Of a stretch of DNA of 64,000 nucleotides, positions 1 through 13,345 are shown one piece after another. Location of the stretch: assembly GCF_009914755.1 (NCBI RefSeq), contig NC_060939.1, one strand, 5' to 3'. Both the position numbers and the translations under genes were made by a program. The DNA is from the human T2T-CHM13v2.0 reference genome, Homo sapiens. Position 1 is the stretch's first letter. Every line of letters starts with the position of its first letter. Under the pieces are notes generated by a model, which saw only the letters and a list, made by a program, of their open reading frames with translations, searched no databases and was not told where the DNA came from.

Positions 1-559
1 ACTTGTTTTGCCTGGTTCTCTGGAAGGAGGTTGAAAAGGTAGACTATGATTTTTCAGGTTCAAACTGCTACTCTAACAAACATTGTCCTACAGGGTGGAA
101 TCCAGTCAACCGGTATTGAGATTGATTCGCTAAGGCCTCAGGACACTGGACATTCTTTTTAATTGTTTTTTTTGATTTCCATGACGACAGCTCACAAGAC
201 ACTAGACATTCTTTTAGGCTCTCAGGTAAATGCGCAACAGGCAGTCTACAAATCCACAAATAAATCGCATCTCAACTCGGATACTGGGGCTAGGGAATGT
301 GCTGATGGTAAAACCATTGGTCCTGACTGTGTGACCTTCATGGAAGGCCTGGGTGCTTAGAACAAATATTTTGAGGATATGGCTGCTTGCCCAAGGGCTG
401 TGGGCCTGTATCTTGTTTGCTCATCATCCTGTCAGTCATTTTTTTCTTTCCCTTTTTTTAAAGACAAAATCTGAACCTAGAAACACCGAAGCCAGAGCTT
501 TTTCTAGACGCGAATCCACTATTTGTGCGACCCTGCACTAACCATTCTAGCCTGGCCTA

Positions 560-1800
560 GACCATACCAGGAACCCTCCAGCTAGCCTGGAGGGGTCCGC
601 ACTGCGGGGAAAAAAGCAACAGCTCAGCTCCAACCCCAAAGGTTCCATCACCAGCCAATCGTGGCCCGGGGCTTCTCAAGAAAACCAGAAACGCCTACGG
701 ACAGTGAATGGCACTAAGGCCAGCCTATCCGCACGAAGGAGGCGGAAGGGGTGGTGTTGAAATTAACCAATAGAATGGAAGAAGTTGTTGTTGGGAGGGA
801 GGAAGACGCCAGCTAACGTGCGTGAGGCCGCTCCCGGATAGGGGATGCAGGAAGCTCGTGGAGCCAATGGCCGCGGCGGGCGGGCGGCGGCGCGCGTGCG
901 CGTTGGCCCCCGGGCCTGCGGGCGGGAGGCGGGGATGGTGGGGGAGGGGAGCGGGCTGGAGCGCGGCGGAGCTCTTGCCGCCGCCGCAGCCGCTGCCGCC
1001 GCAGCGAAGAGGCCATGTTGTGTGGTGTGTGGGGCGGGGGGAGGAGGAGGAGGGAGTAAAGCCTAGAGAGGAGACGGGAGAGAGACACCACACACACGGC
1101 ACAAGATGGCCGGAGAGGCAGCAGCACCCCGAGCTGTCAGGCGTTCCGCCGCGGCCGCGAGGCCCGCCGGCCGGCGGGGAGCTACGCCCGGACGGCCAGC
1201 AGGCCCGCGGGAGTGGGGCTGCCGCGGCTGAGGCGAGGCGGGCCGCGCGCGTCGGCGTCACAGCCCGCGGCAGAGGCGCCCAGGGCGGCCGGGCCCACGA
1301 CGCCGAAAGCGCCGCTGCGGTTGCCGCCTCGGAGGCTCCCCCGGGCCCCGGCGGCTGGACCCGGCGCGGGCGGGAGGCTCGGGCGGGCGGTCCGGCCCGG
1401 GACTCGGGTTTGGGCGACCAGGAGGTGCCGGTGGCCGCGCTCGGACCCGGTGAGTGGCTCCCTAGCTCCTTTTATTGTCCTTTGTCCTTGGGAGGAAAAG
1501 CAAAATGTCCTTGAGCGCGCGAGCAGGAGGGGGCGGCGGGCCGGGCCTCGCCGCTCGGCTCTTCTCGCACTGCCCCTCCGTGGTCGGGGGCCGGCTCTCG
1601 CCGGCGGGATGCGCCTCGGTGCCCTGGGCCCGAGTCGTAGGGTCCTGGGGTAGGGGGCACGCGGGGCCCCGCTGCAGAGCCCGCGGGCGGCAGGTGGGCG
1701 GGGGGCAGCCTCGTCGCCGGGACTGGATCCGCCGGGAAAGGGGCGGCGGGTGAATGCCGGCGAGAGCCCGAAGGGGATCGGGCGTGGAGAGCCCCTTTCT
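560..1800 (+). promoter_or_regulatory. CpG-island promoter of CHASERR
   Basis: Very GC/CpG-rich. CCAAT boxes at ~655, ~767 and ~864, GC boxes and G-runs at 870-1055, YY1-type CAAGATGGCCG from 1102. No TATA box. Confidence 0.9.
1000..1449 (+). ncRNA. CHASERR: CHASERR first exon (start approximate)
   Basis: Ends at the donor CCG|GTGAGT (GT at 1450-1451). A second donor CTG|GTGAGT at 1807 could serve an alternative first exon. Confidence 0.75.
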
Positions 1801-1847
1801 GTCCTGGTGAGTTATTTTGATATTTAGGGTAAAAAAATCCCTTTCAG

Positions 1848-2041
1848 GTTCTCCAACGGAGGAGCTTTTTAACCTCTTTCCGGTGAGGTGGGAACTCATC
1901 TTCATGATCGAATTTAAAAGAACAATGGAACCCTGACTACGTTTCAACAAAAATAAAACTTGTTTTTTTCCCTCCTATTGGGTGTTGGCTTTTAACTCTT
2001 TCAAAGCCGATTTTGAAACGGCTGCAGTGATACATGCGAAG
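1848..2041 (+). ncRNA. CHASERR: CHASERR predicted internal exon (194 nt)
   Basis: Acceptor tccctttcag| at 1847; donor AAG|GTACTT at 2042. Confidence 0.6.
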
Positions 2042-3777
2042 GTACTTGCTGCTTATTAAACCTTTATGACGTTAAGGTTGTCTTTGAAAAATGCAAGTTG
2101 GAGGAGTGCTTCTGGTATTTCAGAATTACGAAGACAAGTTTACTGTGTCGTCAAGGCTGTTTAATGGAAATAGATTTGATAATTACGGTGCTAGCTAGCT
2201 GATGACGTTTGGTTAATGTAGTTTATTTTACCGAGTAATGACGCCAAGATCATTTGATCTCCTGATATTTAAATATGATTAAATACACTGTTTGGTACTT
2301 TTTAAAAAGGTCTCAAGGAGCCGTTATCTGCAACTTCTCACACCTGAATGTTAGAACGTACTTGGGTCAATTCCTAGTCTTTAAAAGTTCATAATTTAAT
2401 TATTTTTAAGAATTTATATTATCACAAGCCATGATCGAAAAACTTTCACAAAAGAACATTCTGACACCAAATCTCTTCCTGAAGTTACTTTCTCGTAATG
2501 TAAATATGAATAAAGTAGGACTGCTCTCGGTAATGGGCGATGAAGAGGAGCCATATTTGTTGCATTTGTTGCATGTATAAAAATCTAGATATGCTTAAAA
2601 CGGAACAGTATTTTAAAAGTACAGGTTTCATAAAATTTAGTAGAGTTCTCTGTATAGTCTCTAATCTTAGAAAAATGTTGGAAGGGTAATTTTTAAGTGT
2701 AGTGGTTTGAAGAACAAACCAGAAGCGCACAAACCTTTGTGTATTTTAGAATATATTTGTCTTCATTCTGCGGAGCTCTTGTGTTGTAAAGGTGCAGAAC
2801 TACGTAAAAATAGTGTTGGGCAGACTTACATAGTACATCTGAAATCAGATACTGGTTTATTCGACCATATTTCTAAGGGCATTTTTCCAGTAAAATTGTT
2901 TTATTTTTTGAGTAGCCTTCCTATAGTGGTACATGTTACATCAGTTGCGCATATCTTGATTTTACAGAATCTGTCTTAAGTACCAATTTTGGTTTTTCAA
3001 ATCAATGTTTCTGAAATTTTTGAACACTGAAAGTGGTTTTAAATGAATATTCTGAATCTAGTTCTTTAGAATCCTCTTTGAATTGTGAAATGCAAAATAA
3101 TTGTTAGCAGTTTAACCTGAAAGATCTTTTTACATGATAAATGGGGGAGGAGAAAGACTGAAATGAAAATGTTGAAGACCCTGATTTGAAATTGAGTGTA
3201 AAGGTCTAGATACTGTAAGTTTTAGAGTAGCTTTAGAGACAAAGCTAGTATCCCACTTGGTGAGATCAAGTAACTTGTGGTTTAAAATTTAAAGTAACCA
3301 GTGGCCATTTTAACTTCACTAATTTCTCTTGGAGGAGCTAATTTTTAATTGCTCATGATTGTAAAACATACTTCCGGATGGTAAGGGAGATGTTAAGATG
3401 ATTTGTCTTGAAGAATGGTAAACTTTTTCTTTGTTTATTGCCTGTCATAAAAAGAGGGAAAGTAAAAAAAAAAAGGTTCATAATCTTAAATCAGTCCAAA
3501 AATTTGAATTTTCTGTATTTCTGTTTAATTCAATGCGTTAATCTTTAGCATTGGTCAATACAGCCAAAAGATGAGGAAAACAAAGACTGATAGATACTAA
3601 GATAAGAAATAACTGCAACCATAAATGTATACAGGTTATGTGTCCATGAGCCATCTCTTCAGTTTGCCCATAGATTTTTGTCTGTGGAATATTTTCTTGT
3701 TTCATCACACTGAATCGTTGGCCAAGAAATGCTTGAAAATCAAAACATTAATATCATCTTTCTTCTTTTTTTTAAAG

Positions 3778-3847
3778 GTGACTTAAGAGATTAAAATTAA
3801 TTTGGTTGCTGTTGGTTCTGAACAAATAATGAGTTCTTTTATTTGAG
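3778..3847 (+). ncRNA. CHASERR: CHASERR predicted internal exon (70 nt)
   Basis: Long pyrimidine tract then taaag|; donor GAG|GTAAGA. Confidence 0.65.
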
Positions 3848-4431
3848 GTAAGAGTGGGTTAATTTTTATTGTTTTGACAAAAATTAGCTTATTAGGCTTT
3901 TGTTTTATCTTTAATAATTTACATTTCAATTAATGAATGGGTATCATTTTTAAAAGTTGTGATTATGAATATGAGTAAACTATCAAATAATTTGACAAAA
4001 GCCTTTAAGCCTTTTCACTGCAGGAAAGATTAAAAGTATATACGCATAGCCATTGTAACTTAATGTACCCTTTGAATAGTTTAAAATACTGAAGGTCCTT
4101 TAAGCCTTTGTTTAATTTTGGGAACAAGAGAAGACTGATTAGATTTTGAGGAAAACCATGAACCAAAGATAGCTTTTTTTTTCTGTTTAACTCTGTATAT
4201 TGTGCAAACAATTTTAATCTTTTAAGTATTTAAAGAAATAAGCTTATTGGAGAATTTGAACTAGTTTGCTATTCATACTGATAGATTTTAGGGAAGAACA
4301 TTTAAAAAATCAGGTTTTGAGCATAGATTTTAGTTTCTTTTTTGTAATTAAAAAGTTTAAAAACACTTATTTTTACTTGCTATTGTTTGCTTCATAATTA
4401 AGTTTAGAATCTTATTTGTTTTCACCAAAAG

Positions 4432-4517
4432 GTATGCCATTTTGAAGACTGAGACGTTGGAGTTTTATCCTAGAGGATAAAGGAAATCTTTGGGAAAGTC
4501 AGTATTTTATATAGCAA
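4432..4517 (+). ncRNA. CHASERR: CHASERR predicted internal exon (86 nt)
   Basis: Acceptor tttgttttcaccaaaag|; donor CAA|GTAAGT. Confidence 0.6.
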
Positions 4518-7443
4518 GTAAGTAAATGTTTTTACCCAACATCTGCAATTGAATAGTTACCAACATTTAAGTAGAAAAATACCATTAAAGTTTGTTAATG
4601 AAACAAACTGTAGACTACTTATCACTGAAAGGATGAGAAAACCATCAAATTTCTTTGCCTGACATTGAAAACACTTCTATTACTATCAAGACAGTCGATG
4701 CATGTAATTTATATTGGAGCAGGAAGACATTTAGTACTTCTTAATAAAATGGTGCTTTAGGATTGTGGTTAAATCTGCAGTAAAGTCATCAAGATTATGT
4801 TTTTACAAATCTGGTATATACAGTCTTAAGCCTTTTTTTTTTTTTTTTTTTGATTGTACAAATCACATTTTAGGAATGGTCTGGAATTTTGCATTTGCTG
4901 ATCGTAGGATTCTTAACAACATTTCAAAAACTAAATAGACACTTTCATATCTTAGGCATTTAATAGATTTAAAATACTCATTTTAATTGTTTTCATGAGT
5001 TTTCAAACAGGTCCAAAAATGTGTTGTTTTCTAGGAAATGAGAGTTAATGCATCTAAAGAGTCCTCTAATTTAATTGCTTAGTAATTGCTTTTAAAGCAT
5101 GAAAGATAGAGATAATTTTCACGCGCAGTAGGTATTGGGCCCCCAGCATACCATGTATATCACACTTTAAAATCTTAAAGCTAGATACGTGAATTTAAAA
5201 GAATGTCCACTGATGTTTTTAAGGAAATATGCCTTTTTTGTAAGTTAACGTTGAATCTGAAAATTAATGTCAAGCTGTTATTAGCGATTGACTAGAGGAA
5301 ATACGCGGTATAATAATGGGTATCTTGGGAAAATTTAAGAATCGCCAAATGACCAATTAAAATAAGGGCAAGTTTACCTTTTCTTCAAAATTTATGTGGA
5401 AAATAAAATACAGTCTTTCAATACTTGGTGTTGGCTTATTCCATTGATTGAAATAGGTGGTAAGAGGAATATTTTTATTGCCTTTGCTTCAGCTTAACTT
5501 CTTTTTAATCCTTTTTTGCAGTTCGATCAAACTTGGGTGTATTACAGTGTGCAAGAGAAAACTAAATGTTTGACTTTTAACTGTAGTGTTTTAAAGATAC
5601 AACATTTACAAGAATAGTTGAAACATCCCTCACTTCAAAACTTCTTTAACACAAATGCCGAGATTAGGGTTTCCTCTGTGCAATTGATGTGATATTAAAT
5701 TGGCATTCCTGTCATTGGGCACTGTTAAGGAAATTGAGAAATGGGTCTCTTATGTGAAGCATAATCTGTGTTTAAGTATAAACAGGCAATACATTTATAA
5801 TGGCCTACGGAAGGTGTAATTTGATTCATAAAAAAGAAAACAGCTGGAAAGGGCTAGAAATGTTAAATCAAAGATTCACATGTACTTAGATCTTTGTTAC
5901 TGCATATATTCAGTGTTTTGATACTTAACTGCTTGAGCCAATCTTGTATAATGAACCTAATTGATTGGCACATGAGGGCAAATGTGAATGTAGATAACTA
6001 TTATAGATAGATAATATTATATAAGATAAATATAGTGGATCATGTAGATATGATATTAAAGTACTATATTTTATAAGGAAGGTGGATTATTGTATATTTA
6101 CCACTGTTTTCTGCTTAAGAACCAAGGTGATACTTATATAATTGTTTTTACCCTAGCATTTTGGGATAATTCTTGAGTCATAAAAATCTCCTGATCAACT
6201 TGGTGATTGAATTGGATTGCATTAGTTCTGATAGAAACTGTTTAAAAAATTACCTGACATTCTATAGAAATGAAAGGAGCCATGCTGTGTAATCACAAGG
6301 CTTTCATGACATGACATTTATAGATTATATGAAATAGGTAATTTCAAATGTAAATTTTAAGTTTTATTTACTATTAGTCATCGTTTTTTGATTATTTAAA
6401 AATTTGTACTATGGACAACTAATTAATTTTACTTTTTATCCTCTGAGATTTGATTGTGGAGCGGCATAAGGGGGAGAAAGATAAGTTGAGGACGTCTCTT
6501 TATCTTTTGTTAATCAGAGGTGGTGATAGAGTGGAAAATATAACACGTTTCGGCATTCAGGAGACCTACCTTCCAATGTAAATAAGCCCTTGCGGTCTTG
6601 ATATTTTATTCCTTTTGTACCTTCATCTCATAATCTGTATGAAGACTTTAGAGTTCCAAGCTCTTAAGATCCCTATTAGCTCTCAAATTGTGGGATAAAA
6701 ATAATTGTTAAGGCATGCCTAATACTCTTATACAGACTTTGTAAACTGATTTCAGAGAAGCGATTAAGGAATTGTACTGTCTTTAAACAATATTTAGAAT
6801 GCTTCAGTAAAAGCATTTTTAAAAAATTTTTCTAATGATGTAGTAAATGTACCTAATATAAAGTTAAGTGGTTTTATTTAATACTTTTCACCTGACCATG
6901 ATTATGTTATAAATAAGAGGATTTATAGTTTGCATGCCTGATATAATCTATTTAATTTCCTTTACAAAATTTTTGTACATGAAAGATAAATGTCTTCATT
7001 TTACCAGCTACCTCCTTCCAGATTGAATGCTTCAGTGCACTTTGATTTTCAAATTGGCTATTATTTTTTAATGTAATTAACCTTCACAATTTAAATTGAA
7101 GGATATTCTGATCCTTAGGTTATAAATATGTGACTTGATGGTTTATGTAACATTCAAGTAGCATGTTTTCTATAACAATATGATAAAAGTTTTGATACAT
7201 ACCTTGTATGTTGCTTGACAGATCTGTTTTAGAAAACATTCCTCTGCCTTTTGAAATGAAGCCATGTATTTGAAATTATTTCCCAAACAATTATATCTTA
7301 AGCGTGTGCTACATAGTAATCATAGTCATTTTAATTTAGATTATAAAGCTATATTTTAACTTTGAGGTTTGTGAATTTTCTTAGACATATTAATGACTTT
7401 ATAGTTAATGGTGCTCTCAGATTTTATTTTTAAGTTAAAAATT

Positions 7444-7765
<322 letters not shown>

Positions 7766-8468
7766 TAAAAAATGGTTTTAAAAACCAAGTTTTCTAAGAA
7801 AAGCATAAATGACTAATGATAATATGACAATTGACTAAAGCTGTCCTTACTGTTTGAAAGAACAACAACCAAAATATGTATATTATACCTGTAAGTTATT
7901 AAATCTGAAACTATGATATTATGAAATAGGGTAGGTGGAAATACGAGCAAAATCATTAACTTTCATAGTCTGCCTAAGCTGAATTTTGCTCCCTTCTCCT
8001 GTCTTTCCAAGGATGGCAAAGTGATTTTAGACTTTGTCAATTTTGGTGGTTAGTAATTTTTGTGAGTGATGCATGGGGAAGGAGATGCTATGGTAGATTA
8101 CATTAGTGTCTAATTCTTGTGATGATGCAAAGTGAGATACATTTTCTGTCTTTGGTGGTGTGAGAACCCTATCTACTGGTAGATAACTTACTTATAAGCA
8201 CATTATCAGAGCAGTGTGAGGGATTTCCCTTAGACATTTCTTTTACCGAGATTCCTTAAGTCACTTCTGCCCTTCTCTTAAGGGTTTACTTGGTTTACGA
8301 TTTGTCTGTCTTCACAAAACCCTCTGTTACTTATAAGGTCAGATTAAATTTGGAAGATCAGAAATATGTTGTGTTCCTTTTAAATTGCTTCATTTGTCAA
8401 TTTCTTGGGAAGATAATTTAGCACCTACTCTTAGAGCAATTTTGAAGCAGATCTTTGCTATATTTCTT

Positions 8469-8768
<300 letters not shown>

Positions 8769-8942
8769 TGCTATATTTCTTGATTATGATCTGTCCGAAT
8801 GACTAAAGGAATTTAGATTTGGGAAGATAAACAGGGACTTGCTCTATAATTTGAAAATTAGTCCTAAAGAAGCATTTGGGTAGCATAGTTTTAACTAAAA
8901 TCCTAAACTTCGTTGCCTTCTAAAAACCTTAAATTGCTACAT

Positions 8943-9246
8943 TTTGTTTTTGTTTTTGTTTTTGGAGATTGAGTCTTGCTCTGTTGCCCAGGCTGCTGGA
9001 GTGCAGTGGTGTGATCTCAACTCACTGCCACCTCCGCCTCCCGTTTTTAAGTGATTATCCTGCCTTAGCCTCCTGAGTAGCTGGGATTACAGGCGTGCAC
9101 CACCACACTTGGCTGAGTTTTGTATTTTTAGTAGAGCTGGGGTTTCACCATGTTGGTCAGGTCTCGAACTCCTGACTTCAGGTGACCCACCCAGCTTGGA
9201 CTCCCAAAAGTATTGGAATTACAGGTGTGAGCCACTGCGCCCTGCC
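8943..9246 (-). mobile_element. AluS
   Basis: Reverse Alu consensus. Confidence 0.92.
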
Positions 9247-9420
9247 TATTTTCATATTGAACTTTTAAATAAGTTTTCTTTGTGGTGGTGGGATGATTAT
9301 TGTAATCATACTTGGGAACAGAAGTGATGAAAAAGGTATGTTACTTGAGATATGGGAAACGCTATTTTCCATGTTTAGTTATGGGGTATTCAAGTCTAAC
9401 TAGTGGAAAGTATGGATACA

Positions 9421-9666
9421 TTTTATTTATTTTTTGAGACGGAGTCTCGCTCTGTTGCTCAGGCTAGAGTGCAGCGATGCGATCTCAGCTCACTGCAACT
9501 TCTGCCTCCTGGGTTCAAGCAATTTCTGGCTAATTTTTGTATTTTTAGTAGAGACGGGGTTTGACCATGTTGGCCAGGCTGGTCTCAAACACCTGACCTC
9601 AAGTGATCTGCCTGCCTCCACCTCCCCAAGTGCTGGGATTATAGGTGTAAGCCACCGGGCCTGGCC
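9421..9666 (-). mobile_element. AluS with internal deletion in the right arm
   Basis: Reverse Alu consensus lacking ~50 bp near 9525; flanking repeat GGATACATTTT. Confidence 0.9.
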
Positions 9667-10266
9667 GGATACATTTTTATTATCAAGTATATATTTTAGG
9701 AATGATTAGTGTTGGTTTAGTTGAATAGATTGGTACAATTAGTAGTAATTTGAAATGATGCCTATGGTTTCCTAACATTTTGTCTTAGTGTTGATTAAAG
9801 ACATAATAATGTGAAATAATATGGTAATACTAAGGAATGAGAAAGTGGCCTTACAGGTGGGCAATGTAAACTTTCCTGTAGAAGGATTGAAAGTAAATAG
9901 ATGTAAGACTAGAAAGTGAAACAATTCTGTACTGTAAGAGCAATGTTGGCTGTGTTAAATAACTCGTTCCCAAACATCAGATCCACCTGGGGAGCCCAAA
10001 TATTTACCTACATTTTTGGAGTTCTTAGGGGCTGAAACTTACGCTTGTGATTTTGTAGTAACCTATTCTAGAGAGGAGCCAAATTTGTGATACTCAAGAG
10101 CTTGTATGATTTCTGCTTGGACTGTATTGTTAATACATACATACATCTTTTGGTCTATTGGCAAATGACCCTTGCAAGATGTTGACATTTTGGGTATAAA
10201 TCATGGTGCTTAATAATCTGTTTTCATTTTTTATGTATAAAATTAAATTCTTTTTGTCCTCTGCAG

Positions 10267-10335
10267 AAATATGAACCTCAAACTGAATCCTCTAAAGGCC
10301 CCATACAATGAAGTAGACATTGGTGGAAACATTTA
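10267..10335 (+). ncRNA. CHASERR: CHASERR predicted penultimate exon (69 nt)
   Basis: Strong acceptor tctttttgtcctctgcag|; donor TTA|GTAAGT. Confidence 0.7.
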
Positions 10336-10589
10336 GTAAGTATTATTCAATTTACATGTTTAATCTGTTTAGAAATTTTAAATACTACTTTGGAAATTTT
10401 GAAAATTCGAGTCAGAATTGTAAAGAGGGATTTAGTGAAACTCAACACAGTACAAGAAAATCAACATGGAAATTTCGCTTATTAATTTACTCCAATCTAT
10501 TATTTTCTGCTTTCTTCACTTAGGCAAGTTAAAATGCAAACAAACCCACATTTGAACATACCTCTAACACTATTATAAACATGGATGTT

Positions 10590-10775
10590 GCTAAATGGTT
10601 CCTCTTTGTTTTTGTAAATAAAGTTTTATTGCAGCACAGCTATACGCTTTCATTTAGTTATTGTTTGCCGCTGCTTTCTCAGTATATAGCAGCAGCAAGC
10701 AGAGGAGTTCTATTGAATGGCCTACAAAGCCTAAAATATTTCCTGTCTCATCTGTAGGGAAAGTTTATCCTAGGT
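10590..10775. mobile_element. MER58-like hAT DNA transposon relic
   Basis: TTTTTGTAAATAAAGTTTTATTG...TGGCCTACAAAGCCTAAAATATTT motifs. Confidence 0.7.
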
Positions 10776-11092
10776 CCTACAGCTTTTCCTTTTGTCAGCA
10801 TTGCCTTAACCTGTATAGAACTCAGAAGCCCTTCGGTTCTCTTTTGGTAATAGAACATAATTTTTAATGATTTCCAATATTATAATTACTTTTAATTAAT
10901 TAATTTTGAAGTTAAACTTGAAAGCCCAACAAAAAGTTCTTTAGCCTGATTGTCCCTGAAGTTATGCTTTGATGTTAGAAGACATGGTTAGCACCTCTGA
11001 AATAGTTTTTCTAACAGCCTGAAAAATAGTTGGAAAGAGTTGATGGGAAGGTTGTATAAATGAATTTTGGTGAATTCTCAACATGATTTATT

Positions 11093-11391
11093 TATTTTTA
11101 TTTTATTTTTCGAGACAGAGTTCCACTGTCACCCATGCTGGAGTGCAGTGTCATGATCTTGACTCATCGCAACCTCCGCCTCTGGGGCTCAAGCGATTCT
11201 CCTGCTTCAGCCTCCAGTGTAGCTGGGATTACAGTCACGCACCACCATTCCCAGCTAATTTTTGTATTTTTAGTAGAGATGGGGTTTCCCCATGTTGGCC
11301 AGGCTGGTCTCGAACTCCTGACCTCAGGTGATCCACACGCCTCAGCCTCCCAAAGTGCTAGGATTACAGGTGTGAGCCACCGCACCTGGCC
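11093..11391 (-). mobile_element. AluS
   Basis: Reverse Alu consensus; TSD AACATGATTTATT. Confidence 0.93.
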
Positions 11392-12094
11392 AACATGATT
11401 TATTATTGACAACCTTTTTGGTAATTATATATTAGCTACTTCATAAAAATAATTTTTTTGAATCATATTTGGGAATCTAGATTTTAGATGATAATTTTTG
11501 CCTATGGCTACTTTAGCTTGCGTTGTGTAAATGGCTGCTAGGGCCTGCGAAATAGATTTTATTTTTGGAGGGGGATTTGTTTTTCAATACAGGATGATGA
11601 AAGAGATGAAAACTTTTCTAATATAGTACAATAATTGGCTGTGGTCATTTTAAAGGGATCAGTTGCATAGCATATAGTAGATGCTCAATAAATACTTAGT
11701 GTATCAATATGGCTTCTGTTAAACATTGTTTATCAGCTAGTGTTTTGGATTTAATTTAAAAACAGTGACATTGACTATTAAAACATGTTTTAATGAATTA
11801 AATATAAAATTGTAGGTATGCCTGAAAGCCAAAGTTTTGACCAAGTAAAAATTAAAAGTGACAAGATTTCATTTTTTCTCTGCAATTCTCAATCTCTTAG
11901 TTTGCATATATAGTCAACTTTTAAACCATTGAGGACGGTACCGGAATATTTGATTTGATTGTAAACCTTAAATAAGATGACTCCTTTTCTTAGTTGTCAC
12001 AATTGACATTAATTTTATAGTTAGTTTTTATGCCCATAAGACCCAGACTTGTTAATATATATTCTACTGAAGATTCAAGGTATCTTGGTAATAA

Positions 12095-12465
<371 letters not shown>

Positions 12466-12910
12466 TAAAGACAGTAGACGAAGATTGAAATCATCATAAG
12501 CACCAAGAATGTTAATTACATGATGAGAAGGATGAATTTTTGCTCTAGGTAATTTTACACCTGTTTGTCCCATCATTGACTTTGAAATAAGTGTTTTAAG
12601 TTTTAAAATAATTTGTTGCATTAATAATAGTAGCTTTATGATAGCCATCCATTAAGACAATTAGGAATCACTAATTTCTTTTTCCTTATACTACTCTCTG
12701 CCCCTGCCCCCCGCCCCATTTTTCTTTGCTATTAAAAATGGGAAAAGTTGCTGAGAAGTAGAGGAAAGGAGATGGTTTATTTTAGGAGAGCCCTTGTAAA
12801 CTCAATCCAGATGGTGAATCACTTACCTGTGTATCCACCAACAATGTATTTTATCATGTCCCAGTGTTTTTGGAACAAATTTACTAAAGTAGAATTTAAA
12901 AAGAATACCA

Positions 12911-13345
12911 GGCCAGGTGCAGTGGCTCAGGCCTGTAGTCCCAGCACTTTGGGGAGGCTGAGGGCAGGTGCATCACAAGGTCAGGAGTTCGAGACCAGCC
13001 TGGCCCACATAGTGAAACCCCGTCTCTACTAAAATTACAAAAATTAGCCAGGCATGGTGATATGCGCCTACAGTCCCAGCTACTTGGGAGGCTGAGGCAG
13101 GAGAATCGCTTGACCTGGGAGGTGCAGGTTGTGGTGAGCCGAGGTTGCGCCACTGCACTCCAGCCTGAGGAACAGAGAGAGACTCCGTCTCAAAAAAAAA
13201 AAAAAAAAACCTTAGTTGGGTGCAGAGGCATGTACTTGTGTTCTCAGCTACTGGGAAAGCTGAGGTGGGAGGATCTCTTCCACCCAGAAGTTTGAAACCA
13301 GCCTGGGCAACGTAGTGAGACCTCCATCTTAAAAAATAATTAAAA
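12911..13345 (+). mobile_element. AluS (12911-13209) followed by a FLAM-like monomer (~13215-13345)
   Basis: Forward Alu consensus with A-tail, then a diverged monomer. Confidence 0.9.

Noticed and set aside
725-1950. Overlapping 100-230 aa ORFs on both strands
   Set aside because: Stop-poor GC-rich CpG island; low-complexity Arg/Gly/Pro/Ala translations with no recognisable domain, several starting upstream of the likely TSS or running through splice donors.
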